DNA of 64,000 bases. Origin: a virus. Of the stretch, positions 1 to 8,890 are shown piece by piece. Position 1 is the stretch's first letter. Every line of letters starts with the position of its first letter. The DNA lies in IMG/VR virus record IMGVR_UViG_3300049846_002130, positions 119,529 to 183,528 of that record. One strand, 5' to 3'. The position numbers were made by a program, and so were the translations under genes. The notes beneath the pieces were generated by a model, which saw nothing but the letters and a program-made list of their open reading frames with translations, searched no databases and was not told the origin of the DNA.

Positions 1-38
1 CTAACAAAGCTTTCTGTAGGTTTGAGTAAACAAATGGG

Positions 39-305
39 TTATTTAAATCCCATTTGTTCATATATATACTCCAACACATCTGCCCCATCAGGGGCATTGA
101 TAAGCTCATCTATATCTATAGATATACCTATCGAATAGCAGATAGGACAAATATTACTTATATCGTCTCTAGTTGCTTTATAGCCACATTCTAATTCTGA
201 ACATATAAAGTACTTAGAAGCCAATTCCTGGTTTTCTGCTAGGGGTGGCTTTAGATTTTCTACTAATGACAAATTCTTCATCCTTAGCAATATGTTTCTG
301 TACAA
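39..305 (-). CDS. small Cys-rich (Zn-ribbon-like) hypothetical protein
   Basis: ORF track; CxxxxC...CxxC pattern. Confidence 0.5.
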   Translation of the reverse strand: MYRNILLRMKNLSLVENLKPPLAENQELASKYFICSELECGYKATRDDISNICPICYSIGISIDIDELINAPDGADVLEYIYEQMGFK

Positions 306-1518
306 GAAGTAGTTTTAAGTTTTTTTCTATTGTTCTTATACTGTCGTGAGTTAGTAGATTACTAATATCTAAGTCATTAGTAATAGTGTCTGAAATAGAT
401 AATTCTTTAGAAATCTTTGGAATAAGTTTGTTTTTTATAAGTTCCTTAAGCTCTTCAGTAGAATAGTTTCTGAAATGAACTTCGGTTAATCGATCTCTAA
501 ACGGCTTAGATAGTTTAGTATTGTCATTACTTGTAAATATAAAGGTAATGTTAGAAACATCAATAGGTTGATTTATATAAGCATCTACCCAATTGGTATT
601 CTGGCTTGGATCTAATAAACTTAAAAAGCTATTTTGTACTTCCGTGGAGCTTTTATCTATCTCGTCACATACAAGAATTGGGTTTAAGCATTTGGTATTA
701 ATTAGTTCTTGAACTATAATTCCTGGAGAACTATTTGTATACGTTCTTAGGAAGCCAGAAACATAATTTTTATCAGTCTTATCTCCGAGACTAAACACTC
801 TCATTGGAGTTTCTAGTAGCTTTGCTAAATCATATGCAAACGTAGTTTTACCTACACCAGGAGGCCCACTAAATAATAATGGTGGAAGGCCAGGCTTATC
901 TAAGAAATAAGAGTAGCGTATGGTTAAGTACAACATAAGCTGATCTTCTTTTGATAAAGGTAAGACTTCTATAAGATTTTTTATCTCTCCAATAGCATAT
1001 TTTAAAGGTAGAGTTGTTTTAGGGATTTGGTCTAGGTACTGAATATAATTATTTAGATTATTATATTCAGTAGATCCAGGAACGAGTTTAGATAAACTGG
1101 ACTTTAAAGAAAGCAACTTATTTGTTTTTTCTAAAAGAAACATAAGTGCTTCTTGAGAAGATAGCTCAAGATATTTTGCTCTTTCCTCTAAAGATGTCAG
1201 TATTAGTTCTGCTTTGCTATCTAATTCTTCAGTTGAAAAGCAATTAAGTGCATTAGCTTCTAGGGGCTCTGCAGAAATTGGTTCATATATATTACTTGTA
1301 TAGTCTCTACAGAATATTTTAGATGTTGGTACAAATCTAATATTAGAGTCTTCAGGAAAAGCAGAGCCTATATAACCTATAGTAAGTAGTTTGTCTTTAT
1401 ATGTAATTAGAACTACTGCTTCATATGGTTCTTGCGAATAGGGCTCAATATTAATTAATTTAAAACTTTGTAAGTATATAGGAATATGTACTTGTAATGG
1501 GACTATATGTATTCTCAT
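214..1518 (-). CDS. Lon-like AAA+ ATPase lacking the protease domain
   Basis: Walker A GPPGVGKT, Walker B VCDEIDK, Lon-type GFLRTYTNSSPGIIV and LLDPSQN motifs; ends KPGIGF right after the AAA module. Confidence 0.85.
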   Translation of the reverse strand: MRIHIVPLQVHIPIYLQSFKLINIEPYSQEPYEAVVLITYKDKLLTIGYIGSAFPEDSNIRFVPTSKIFCRDYTSNIYEPISAEPLEANALNCFSTEELDSKAELILTSLEERAKYLELSSQEALMFLLEKTNKLLSLKSSLSKLVPGSTEYNNLNNYIQYLDQIPKTTLPLKYAIGEIKNLIEVLPLSKEDQLMLYLTIRYSYFLDKPGLPPLLFSGPPGVGKTTFAYDLAKLLETPMRVFSLGDKTDKNYVSGFLRTYTNSSPGIIVQELINTKCLNPILVCDEIDKSSTEVQNSFLSLLDPSQNTNWVDAYINQPIDVSNITFIFTSNDNTKLSKPFRDRLTEVHFRNYSTEELKELIKNKLIPKISKELSISDTITNDLDISNLLTHDSIRTIEKNLKLLLVQKHIAKDEEFVISRKSKATPSRKPGIGF

Positions 1519-1522
1519 TTAG

Positions 1523-1792
1523 TTATGATTTAACTAGACGAGTTACGAAAGCTTGAACAAGATCTTGTATTTCTTTTCTTAATAAATCACTGTCTTGTTT
1601 AGCTAACCTTCGCTCTTCCTTCTCCTCTTTTAAAAGACTATTCAGAAACTGAACTTCTTTTTGTGTATTTGTTGGAAACCATTTGGCTCTTATATAATGA
1701 TATAAGAGTATGCCTACTGTGCTTTGACCAATAAAAGAAAATAATACTGTGACTGTAAACCAAAAGGTTACAAAGCTATCACTCAATATCAT
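1523..1792 (-). CDS. small membrane protein with coiled-coil tail
   Basis: N-terminal hydrophobic helix, charged C-terminus. Confidence 0.55.
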   Translation of the reverse strand: MILSDSFVTFWFTVTVLFSFIGQSTVGILLYHYIRAKWFPTNTQKEVQFLNSLLKEEKEERRLAKQDSDLLRKEIQDLVQAFVTRLVKS

Positions 1793-2012
1793 CTTTTTTC
1801 TTTAGTTGACGTTTGGCTGGTTGAGGCTCTAACTTCGATTCTGACTTTGGTTCAGGAGTTGGTTTGCTATCAACACTAATCAATGCTTCTAGCCTTTTAA
1901 CGCTTTGCTCCAAAACTTCAATTCGGCTTCTTAAAAGCTTAATTTGTTTTGCCTGATGTATTGCTGTCATCAGCTCTTGACTCATAGCTCCTCCACGATA
2001 CTTATTGCCCAC
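1779..2012 (-). CDS. hypothetical protein
   Basis: ORF tightly packed in the operon; likely start MSQELM after GGAG. Confidence 0.5.
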   Translation of the reverse strand: MGNKYRGGAMSQELMTAIHQAKQIKLLRSRIEVLEQSVKRLEALISVDSKPTPEPKSESKLEPQPAKRQLKKKDDIE

Positions 2013-2584
2013 GCAATGTCTTCTACCAGAGTACTTCTCTTACTAGGATTTCTAAGAATATAGCTTGGATGATATGTAGTCAAGACCAATATATCTTGTA
2101 TAGTAAATCTTTGACTAGCAAAGGCTCCAAATCGATCTATTCTTGCTAGGCGACATAATGTATCAGCTGCCACACGGCCCAGTCCAAGTATGAACTTAGG
2201 TTTAACCAACTGTATTTGTTTTACAAGAAAAGGCTGACAAGCTAGTTGTTCTTCAAGCAAAGGGGTTCTGTTATAAGGTGGCCGATGTTTAACTACATTG
2301 GTAACAAATGTCTTATGTCTTTTGTTATCCCACCCAGCTTCAGTCAAGACTTGCTGAAGTAGCTGACCGGCGGGCCCGACAAGGGGCACGCCGAAGCCGT
2401 CATCATAAAGCTCTGGATTACTTTCTACCTCACCAGGAGCCTCAGCACAGATAAATAGCTCAGCAGAGCTATGGCCCTCTCCAGGCACCGGAAGCCATGG
2501 GCTAGAGTGATCGGTATTTAATATACAGCCTGTGCACTGCTTAATTTGGGTTCGAAGACTCTGTAGTGAGTAAGGCTCTGACAT
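1982..2584 (-). CDS. udg: uracil-DNA glycosylase family 4 (Fe-S type)
   Basis: CxxC, EAPG, GPAGQLL, TNVVKHRPP.NR.P, YHPSYILR motifs. Confidence 0.9.
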   Translation of the reverse strand: MSEPYSLQSLRTQIKQCTGCILNTDHSSPWLPVPGEGHSSAELFICAEAPGEVESNPELYDDGFGVPLVGPAGQLLQQVLTEAGWDNKRHKTFVTNVVKHRPPYNRTPLLEEQLACQPFLVKQIQLVKPKFILGLGRVAADTLCRLARIDRFGAFASQRFTIQDILVLTTYHPSYILRNPSKRSTLVEDIAWAISIVEEL

Positions 2585-3404
2585 GGTTAGGAACCTCTAA
2601 CGAATAACGATTAGCATATTTAAGTATGCGTTGAGAGACTATATCTAGATGACGAGATATTATCTTATGTCTTGGTAAGGAGAACATATCTAGTTGTTCT
2701 TGAGTTAAGGAAAGCTTACTATCAATAATATCTAAAATAGTTGCATCAGAGACTATTACTGTTTTTAGAATAGAGTCGTTAAATACAATAGCTACTTGAG
2801 CATGAGTAATATCAAAAGAAGCTAGATATCTAATTACATCTTTATAAAAACATTCAGCATCTAAATCTAGTACATATTGAGCCGAGAGGGGAATCTGATT
2901 GACAACTTTACTAAGTGAGTAAGTGGCCAACCTTTCTATTACATACCCTCGATGTTTAGTAAATCTTGTATAGGATCTTAATAGGTTGCTTAAGATTACA
3001 GCTGCAGGGTTACAATTAACTATTTGTATACCATTTATATATATATTAGGTAAGGTTGGTTGAAAGTTAAAATCTATAACCGGAACTTTTGTATACGAGG
3101 GAAATGGATTATTAACGACGGAATGCTCTTTTCGAAACTCTTCATAAGCTGGTGAGGCTCTATCTAAATAAATATCTAGATCCTGAGTATAAGTATAAGT
3201 AGGGCCTAGGCCTAAGCTTAATAAAAGATATGTTAATGCTGCGCCACCACAAATTGCCCACTGTCCAGATTGATATTTAGATTTCTGTAGGGTCTCAAAT
3301 ACATTAGAACCTAATATAGCTAATTCTGATTTAATGTTTTCAGGAACCGGATTACAAGAAAATGTTTGCACATATTTCTCAATGTCTCCTATTGAGTATT
3401 TCAT
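2541..3404 (-). CDS. Pol-beta-superfamily nucleotidyltransferase, CCA-adding/poly(A) polymerase-like
   Basis: GGA...DLD catalytic signature; LRSYTRF..HRGY resembles R..RF...G; FDIT motif. Confidence 0.6.
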   Translation of the reverse strand: MKYSIGDIEKYVQTFSCNPVPENIKSELAILGSNVFETLQKSKYQSGQWAICGGAALTYLLLSLGLGPTYTYTQDLDIYLDRASPAYEEFRKEHSVVNNPFPSYTKVPVIDFNFQPTLPNIYINGIQIVNCNPAAVILSNLLRSYTRFTKHRGYVIERLATYSLSKVVNQIPLSAQYVLDLDAECFYKDVIRYLASFDITHAQVAIVFNDSILKTVIVSDATILDIIDSKLSLTQEQLDMFSLPRHKIISRHLDIVSQRILKYANRYSLEVPNHVRALLTTESSNPN

Positions 3405-3598
3405 GAATCCATCTCCTTTCTTCTAGAGTCTAGATAGCCTTGTATGCCTAACCAGAGCATAGTAATCATCATCCAGCTATTAGCATCTATATAACGAGTA
3501 AAGAGTGCAATAGTAGCAATAGTCCAAGCTATAAATTTCCTACTATTTGCCTTATTAACAAAATTTTCTATGTGTTGGCAAAGTTTATCAAGTGTCAT
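3401..3598 (-). CDS. small two-TM membrane protein (holin-like)
   Basis: SRKFI followed by two short hydrophobic helices. Confidence 0.45.
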   Translation of the reverse strand: MTLDKLCQHIENFVNKANSRKFIAWTIATIALFTRYIDANSWMMITMLWLGIQGYLDSRRKEMDS

Positions 3599-3615
3599 AA
3601 ATAATATGAGAGCGC

Positions 3616-4086
3616 CTATTCAGCGCTCTCATCCTCCCATAAAGATGGAATCTGCTGTAAAGCTAGATCCCTAATTGTACGAATATATTCCTGTATAGCA
3701 AGAATATCTTTAACCACATAAATCTTTTCTAAGAAGTCTCGTCCAGATACAGTAGGTATTTGGGAAATCCTCATTGCCTTTTTAGTAATGAAGTCATCTT
3801 CATCTAAACTCAAGAAGTAATTAAATTCGTTGAGTGTATGATGGGCTTCATATGGACTAACTTCATGTAGCTTGTTATAGAGTTTAGCTACAAGGGTTGC
3901 CATCGGTCCGCAAGGTAAAAGTTTAGTAGTAAGAGTAAAACTACCAATAGCTATTCTTCTAAACAAATCAGCATAGGGTAATAGAATTGCAAATAAAGCA
4001 TCGTCAACATTCTGACTAGTAGCATTATCTAAATCTTTGTTCTCTAGGTTTGGATTATAGGCAATAGCCTCTGGTTTCAGTTTCAT
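3616..4086 (-). CDS. hypothetical protein
   Basis: ORF track; GGAGG RBS upstream. Confidence 0.6.
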   Translation of the reverse strand: MKLKPEAIAYNPNLENKDLDNATSQNVDDALFAILLPYADLFRRIAIGSFTLTTKLLPCGPMATLVAKLYNKLHEVSPYEAHHTLNEFNYFLSLDEDDFITKKAMRISQIPTVSGRDFLEKIYVVKDILAIQEYIRTIRDLALQQIPSLWEDESAE

Positions 4087-4129
4087 TATCAGCCTCCAAT
4101 AAGAATGAGTCTAACAAATTAGGTTAGCT

Positions 4130-4238
4130 TAGAAAAGACAAACTTTATAGTGCCTGCCACAGGATACTGTCTAACCCAGTATTGATAGAGTTGAACTATC
4201 CACTTATACGTACAAGGTATTAAATGTAATCTTTTCTA
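4130..4238 (-). ncRNA. Y RNA (YrlA-like) candidate
   Basis: terminal stem TAGAAAAGA/TCTTTTCTA, inner stem TATAAGTG/CACTATA, then in order a T-arm (GATAG TTCAACT CTATC), a loop-closed acceptor-like stem and a GG-containing D-like hairpin; Ro60 gene in the window. Confidence 0.6.
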
Positions 4239-4263
4239 CATTTAAACTCAAACTTATTATAGG

Positions 4264-4337
4264 TGGGTAAGGCATCGAGTTCAACGATGCTTTCTACTAG
4301 CTACAAGCTAATCTGGATTGTCTTCTTACACATACCC
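4264..4337 (-). tRNA. atypical tRNA-like RNA (nominal anticodon TGT)
   Basis: acceptor GGGTATG/CTTACCC, anticodon arm ATTAG CTTGTAG CTAGT, T-arm GCATCG TTGAACT CGATGC, no clear D-stem. Confidence 0.5.
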
Positions 4338-4344
4338 AAGTAAT

Positions 4345-4424
4345 TGGAGAGACTAGATTTGAACTAGTGAACCTTTTGGGAACGGTTTTACAGACCGCAT
4401 GCTTTAGCCTCTTGCATACTCTCC
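4345..4424 (-). tRNA. tRNA-Tyr(GTA)
   Basis: cloverleaf; loop CTGTAAA, long variable arm, T-loop TTCAAAT. Confidence 0.85.
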
Positions 4425-4430
4425 AAAAAA

Positions 4431-4566
4431 ACTAGTGTAGATAGATGCTCGGCTCAGCGAATAAACACCTTAAGTGATCAGACAAAAAGTTAATCATTCT
4501 TTTCAGCTTTGCTACAGGATGATCTTCCCAGCTGTAATTTCTTCTACCAACAGCTTTTTACACTAG
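4431..4566. ncRNA. structured RNA candidate of unknown class
   Basis: closing stem CTAGTGTA/TACACTAG with internal hairpins, between two tRNAs. Confidence 0.4.
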
Positions 4567-4587
4567 AGCCCGGTACCAGGCTTTTAA

Positions 4588-4661
4588 TGGCCAAGGTAGG
4601 AGTCGAACCTACGACGCATAGCTCTTCGGGCTATCGCTCATACCAACTGAGCTACTCGGCC
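4588..4661 (-). tRNA. tRNA-Phe(GAA), C at position 33
   Basis: GGCCGAG/CTTGGCC acceptor; loop CCGAAGA; canonical D and T arms. Confidence 0.85.
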
Positions 4662-4758
4662 TAAGGTGTAGATAACAATTTAAACAACTTATTAGTTTAA
4701 TTCCAATTATAAATGTAAAGTTGTTAGCATTTATCTACAAGATAGATTTATCTAGAAA

Positions 4759-4941
4759 CTAAAAGACTTTTTTGGCTTTAGTATAAGCAAAACCCTTTTT
4801 GCCTATACGAGTAGTAACTTGGCCTTTAGAGTTTAGACCTACTCTCGCACCAGGGATACCAATACTAGTGGATATACCTGTTTTACTAATTGTAATGTTT
4901 ATTGGACCTACTTTGAAGGTCTTAGATGCAGAGAGTTTCAT
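4759..4941 (-). CDS. DUF4236-like small basic protein
   Basis: KTFKVGPINITISKTGISTSIGIPGARV pattern. Confidence 0.65.
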   Translation of the reverse strand: MKLSASKTFKVGPINITISKTGISTSIGIPGARVGLNSKGQVTTRIGKKGFAYTKAKKVF

Positions 4942-4957
4942 TACTCCTCCAATAGTA

Positions 4958-5581
4958 CTAGATTAATCTAGAGCCTACCTTATTTTCAACTGCAGCAGAA
5001 CGATCAGCATCTGTAAAGAAGTTGTCGCCACTAACCTTATCTTCAGCCCAGCCATCGATAATATTTAGCAGCGAATTCAATGCTGCTTCAAAGTTATGAG
5101 CTGTGTTGCTCATCTGCAATGTTTTGCCTGGTTTGATACCTAGCTTAGTAGAATATTCGATAGCTTTCTTATCTGTACCCATAAAAAGCCAATCCCACCG
5201 CAGCGCAGTTTCCATTGTTCGAATACGCTCGCAAATGTTTTTGGCTGTACCAGAATCATAGTGACCATCTTGTCCATCAGTGAATACGATGGAAAGTACT
5301 TTATCTGTAGGCTGAAATCCTGTTGAAGTATTTAAACTATCTAAAAATTTAGATAGTGATCCACAAATATCAGTATCACTACCGTTTGCTGAATAGCTTC
5401 TACGAAGGTCAGCAACAGAAACATATTCGTTTCCAATATAGCCGGAGAAAGTTCTGGCATATAACTGGACATCCTTCTTATCTAGTAAAAGCTGTAGCCT
5501 ATCTAGAAAAGAGCGTAGTGTATGTTTATGGCTTGCCATCGAGCCTGAATCATCTAATAATAATGCTAATTTCTTTTGCAT
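4958..5581 (-). CDS. von Willebrand factor A domain protein
   Basis: MIDAS LLDDSGSM; FTDG; FMG. Confidence 0.85.
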   Translation of the reverse strand: MQKKLALLLDDSGSMASHKHTLRSFLDRLQLLLDKKDVQLYARTFSGYIGNEYVSVADLRRSYSANGSDTDICGSLSKFLDSLNTSTGFQPTDKVLSIVFTDGQDGHYDSGTAKNICERIRTMETALRWDWLFMGTDKKAIEYSTKLGIKPGKTLQMSNTAHNFEAALNSLLNIIDGWAEDKVSGDNFFTDADRSAAVENKVGSRLI

Positions 5582-5740
5582 GTAAGTCTCCTATGCAATG
5601 CCTTCGTTAGAAGGCTTATATTTTAGTACAAAGCCTAGCCAAGGCGACCATTAGGTCGCCTCCCAGCCCCAGGGTTAGGGACTATATAAACTTATTCATA
5701 ATTTATCAGGCTGACTATTTTTTTAATATAATTTTTAAAA

Positions 5741-6736
5741 TTACCAGCCCCAATCGCCCATTAAATTACCAACACTGTAATCGCTCACCCTCCCCTCAAA
5801 GAAATTTTTCAAACTATCTCCACTCATAATCCAGTCTAACCAGGGTAGTGGATTTGTTTCTATTTCATAGTTTGCTTTAAGGCCAAGCATTTGAAGCCTA
5901 CGATCAGCAATATATCTTATATATACTTTCATTTCTTCTGGTGTTAGGCCTTCAATTGGTCCCATAGCAAAAGCTTTATCTATAATAATATCTTCAACTT
6001 CTACAGCTTGACGGTACATACTGTAGATATATTTTTTAAATTCATTACTAATAATTTGGGGGTGCTCTTCGCAGAACTTTTTAAATAGCCAGCTCATGCC
6101 TTGTAGATGTAGTGTTTCGTCCCTAATAGACCATTCAACTACAGTGCACATGCCCTTCATCTTACCAAAGCGTTGGTAGTTCATTAACATGGCAAAGGCA
6201 CTAAAGAGGCTCATGCCTTCATTGCATACTGTATGAGCTAGCTGATAAGCCATAGTCTTTATTTCTGCTTCTCTTATAGACGCTTCATTAGGAAAGGCTC
6301 CTACAGAATGATAATCAGACATAAGATCTACTTTGTGTTTCATATCTTTATCAGATAAAAAAGCACCGTACTCAGATTCATCCATACCTAATGTATCGTT
6401 TAACAACGCATATGCTCGCTGATGAATTGCTTCGCGAGAAGCGAAGCTCATGAGCATTTGTCGTATCTCATGACTTCTAAAGAACGGAATGAATCTGTCA
6501 CAGTAGTTAGAGGCGACCTGCACATCAGTCTGAGTAAACAGCCGCAGAATTTCCGTTATATGGTTCTTCTCTGCAGGGGTTAGGATTCCAGTTTTCCATT
6601 GTTTAATATCTTCTTGAAGTTCTGCTTCCCATTCACCCCACGCAGCGCGATCTGACTGAATGGCAAAGTCAATTGCTTCTGGATATTTAAATGGCTTATA
6701 TGTTTGGCTATAATGTTCTAAGCTCATAGTTAACAC
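5741..6736 (-). CDS. nrdB: ribonucleotide reductase class Ia beta subunit
   Basis: EAIHQRAY, EGMSLFSAF, WSIRDETLH di-iron ligands; NFFE tail. Confidence 0.95.
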   Translation of the reverse strand: MLTMSLEHYSQTYKPFKYPEAIDFAIQSDRAAWGEWEAELQEDIKQWKTGILTPAEKNHITEILRLFTQTDVQVASNYCDRFIPFFRSHEIRQMLMSFASREAIHQRAYALLNDTLGMDESEYGAFLSDKDMKHKVDLMSDYHSVGAFPNEASIREAEIKTMAYQLAHTVCNEGMSLFSAFAMLMNYQRFGKMKGMCTVVEWSIRDETLHLQGMSWLFKKFCEEHPQIISNEFKKYIYSMYRQAVEVEDIIIDKAFAMGPIEGLTPEEMKVYIRYIADRRLQMLGLKANYEIETNPLPWLDWIMSGDSLKNFFEGRVSDYSVGNLMGDWGW

Positions 6737-6969
6737 AGTCCACTAACAAGAATAGGCTTGTAACCAACACTTGTATGAAAAGTACGCAATTCTCCAGAAG
6801 GTGCTTTTGCTAACAAACAGAAAGAACCATCTCTTGGATCTATTGATAGACCAACTAATGTCCATGATTGATCATATATTTTAAATGTAGTACCTAGTTG
6901 CAAGCTTGTTACAAAATTTTGTGTAATTATTTTTTCCATAATTTTTCCTACGCATGGCAAGCCATGCAT
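6730..6969 (-). CDS. hypothetical protein
   Basis: ORF between nrdA and nrdB. Confidence 0.45.
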   Translation of the reverse strand: MHGLPCVGKIMEKIITQNFVTSLQLGTTFKIYDQSWTLVGLSIDPRDGSFCLLAKAPSGELRTFHTSVGYKPILVSGLC

Positions 6970-8717
6970 TCGTCTTCATCTTTAGCCATATAATCTTTAA
7001 GAGCTACTCGCTGTATTTTATTAGCTACTTTATCAGCCTGAACAGTAGAACTAGTTCTGTAGTAGTACAAGCCTTTAACCCCAGATTTCCAGGCTTTAAG
7101 ATGGACCTTATTAACATAAGCCCTATCTACATTTGCTGGAAAGAATAGATTAACTGACTGACCCTGACATATATAATGTTGTCTGTCAGCAGCATGTTGA
7201 ACTACCCATTCTTGGTTTAGCTCAAAAGCTGTTTTATATATGTGTTTTTCATGCTCATCTAATTCTTGTAAATGTTGTACTGACCCATTACTAAGAATAA
7301 TGGAATTCCATATTTCATCTAATTTGCTACTACTATAACCTTTAGAGATAAGTAGAGCTTCTAGATGCTTGTTCTTAACTAGCCAACTACCCACACGGGT
7401 TCTATGTGTGTAGGCATTAGACTTATTAGGTTCAATACTGGGGCTGGTATTGGCAATGATAGATGTATTGGCGTTAGGCGCTATAGCTAATAGATGTGCA
7501 TTACGTCTGCCTGTACCTATTCCACCTGGATACTCTCCACGTTCTAAAGCTAATTGCTTAGTAGATTTAATAGCTTCCTGTTGAATATGAGAACTCATAT
7601 TATGATTAACTATAGAAGCTATTGCAGACTCCCATGGAATACCATTCTTTTGTAAATAAGAATGAAATCCCATCAGACCTAAGCCTAACGAACGTTCATT
7701 TATAGCTGCTTTAATAGCAGAGCTTAGCTCTACAGGGGCATGGCTAATAAAGATATCTATTACATTATCTAGTAATCTAATAGCATCTTGAACAATTAAT
7801 GTATCTTTCCAATCATCATAGTGTTCCGCAACTAATGAGCTTAAACAACAGACAGCTGTATAATTGTTGTCTGTTGGAAGCTCAATCTCAATGCACAGAT
7901 TTGAACCTCTGATTTTTAGGCCTTGGTCTTTAAGTGTTTGTGGCAATGCTTTATTAGCTGTATCAATAAAGTGTAAATAAGGCTCTCCAGTTCTAGCTCT
8001 GGTTTCTAATATCTTATGCCAAAGCTGACGAGCATTAATTTGTTCTTTAACTTCATTGTTGTGTGGATCAATTAAATTAAACAAGGAATCGTTTTGAACA
8101 CAATGCATAAACTCATCTGTAATATTAATAGCATTGTGTAGATTAAAACACTTTCTGTTTTCGTCACCACCAGTTGGAACTCTTATATTTAAGAACTCAA
8201 CAATATCTGGGTGTGATATATCTAGATATGCAGCATAAGAGCCGCGCCGGCTGCCTTTCTGATGGTAGGCAGTCATATCGGCATCAACTGTTTTTAAGAA
8301 TGGAATGGGCCCTGGCGACTTCTTGCTAACAGCACGAATGTCAGACCAATGGCCTCCGACACCGCCACCCTTAACAGAAAGCCAACGTAGCTCAGAGCTA
8401 TGGCTAATTAAAGAATGGAGATTATCGTCCACATAGGTTAAGTAACAACTAATTGGTAAGCCCTGCCAAGGCTCACCAGGAGCGGGGGCATTACTAAGAA
8501 CGGGAGTAGAGAACATAAGCCAGTTCTTGCTTACATAATCATAAATACGTTGTGCAAATTGTAGATCGCCAGCACAATAGGCAACTGCTGCCCTGGCATA
8601 CGCTTCTTGTGGAGAAGACTCTGTTGGTAGTAAATAATGTTCTTTTAGGAGAGACATACCAAAATCTGTGATAAGACCATCTCTCGATAGATCAATCTCT
8701 ATCCCGTAAACTTTCAT
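6948..8717 (-). CDS. nrdA: ribonucleotide reductase class Ia alpha subunit (no ATP cone)
   Basis: STPVLSN, PISCY, SNLCIE, IAPNAN, GLYYYR, C-terminal CMAC. Confidence 0.95.
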   Translation of the reverse strand: MKVYGIEIDLSRDGLITDFGMSLLKEHYLLPTESSPQEAYARAAVAYCAGDLQFAQRIYDYVSKNWLMFSTPVLSNAPAPGEPWQGLPISCYLTYVDDNLHSLISHSSELRWLSVKGGGVGGHWSDIRAVSKKSPGPIPFLKTVDADMTAYHQKGSRRGSYAAYLDISHPDIVEFLNIRVPTGGDENRKCFNLHNAINITDEFMHCVQNDSLFNLIDPHNNEVKEQINARQLWHKILETRARTGEPYLHFIDTANKALPQTLKDQGLKIRGSNLCIEIELPTDNNYTAVCCLSSLVAEHYDDWKDTLIVQDAIRLLDNVIDIFISHAPVELSSAIKAAINERSLGLGLMGFHSYLQKNGIPWESAIASIVNHNMSSHIQQEAIKSTKQLALERGEYPGGIGTGRRNAHLLAIAPNANTSIIANTSPSIEPNKSNAYTHRTRVGSWLVKNKHLEALLISKGYSSSKLDEIWNSIILSNGSVQHLQELDEHEKHIYKTAFELNQEWVVQHAADRQHYICQGQSVNLFFPANVDRAYVNKVHLKAWKSGVKGLYYYRTSSTVQADKVANKIQRVALKDYMAKDEDECMACHA

Positions 8718-8890
8718 AACTAACTCCTAAAGTTCCTTTTGTGGGACCCATTGCCCAAGGAATGTAGAAGTCAGTTTATCTAACGGAATAGAGGGAATGT
8801 AAGTATTGAAATTATTATATAGTATTTTAAATAAAGGTAGATTATTACATAGCAATTTTACTTTGGTTTATAGCTTACAGTAAGCTAGAA

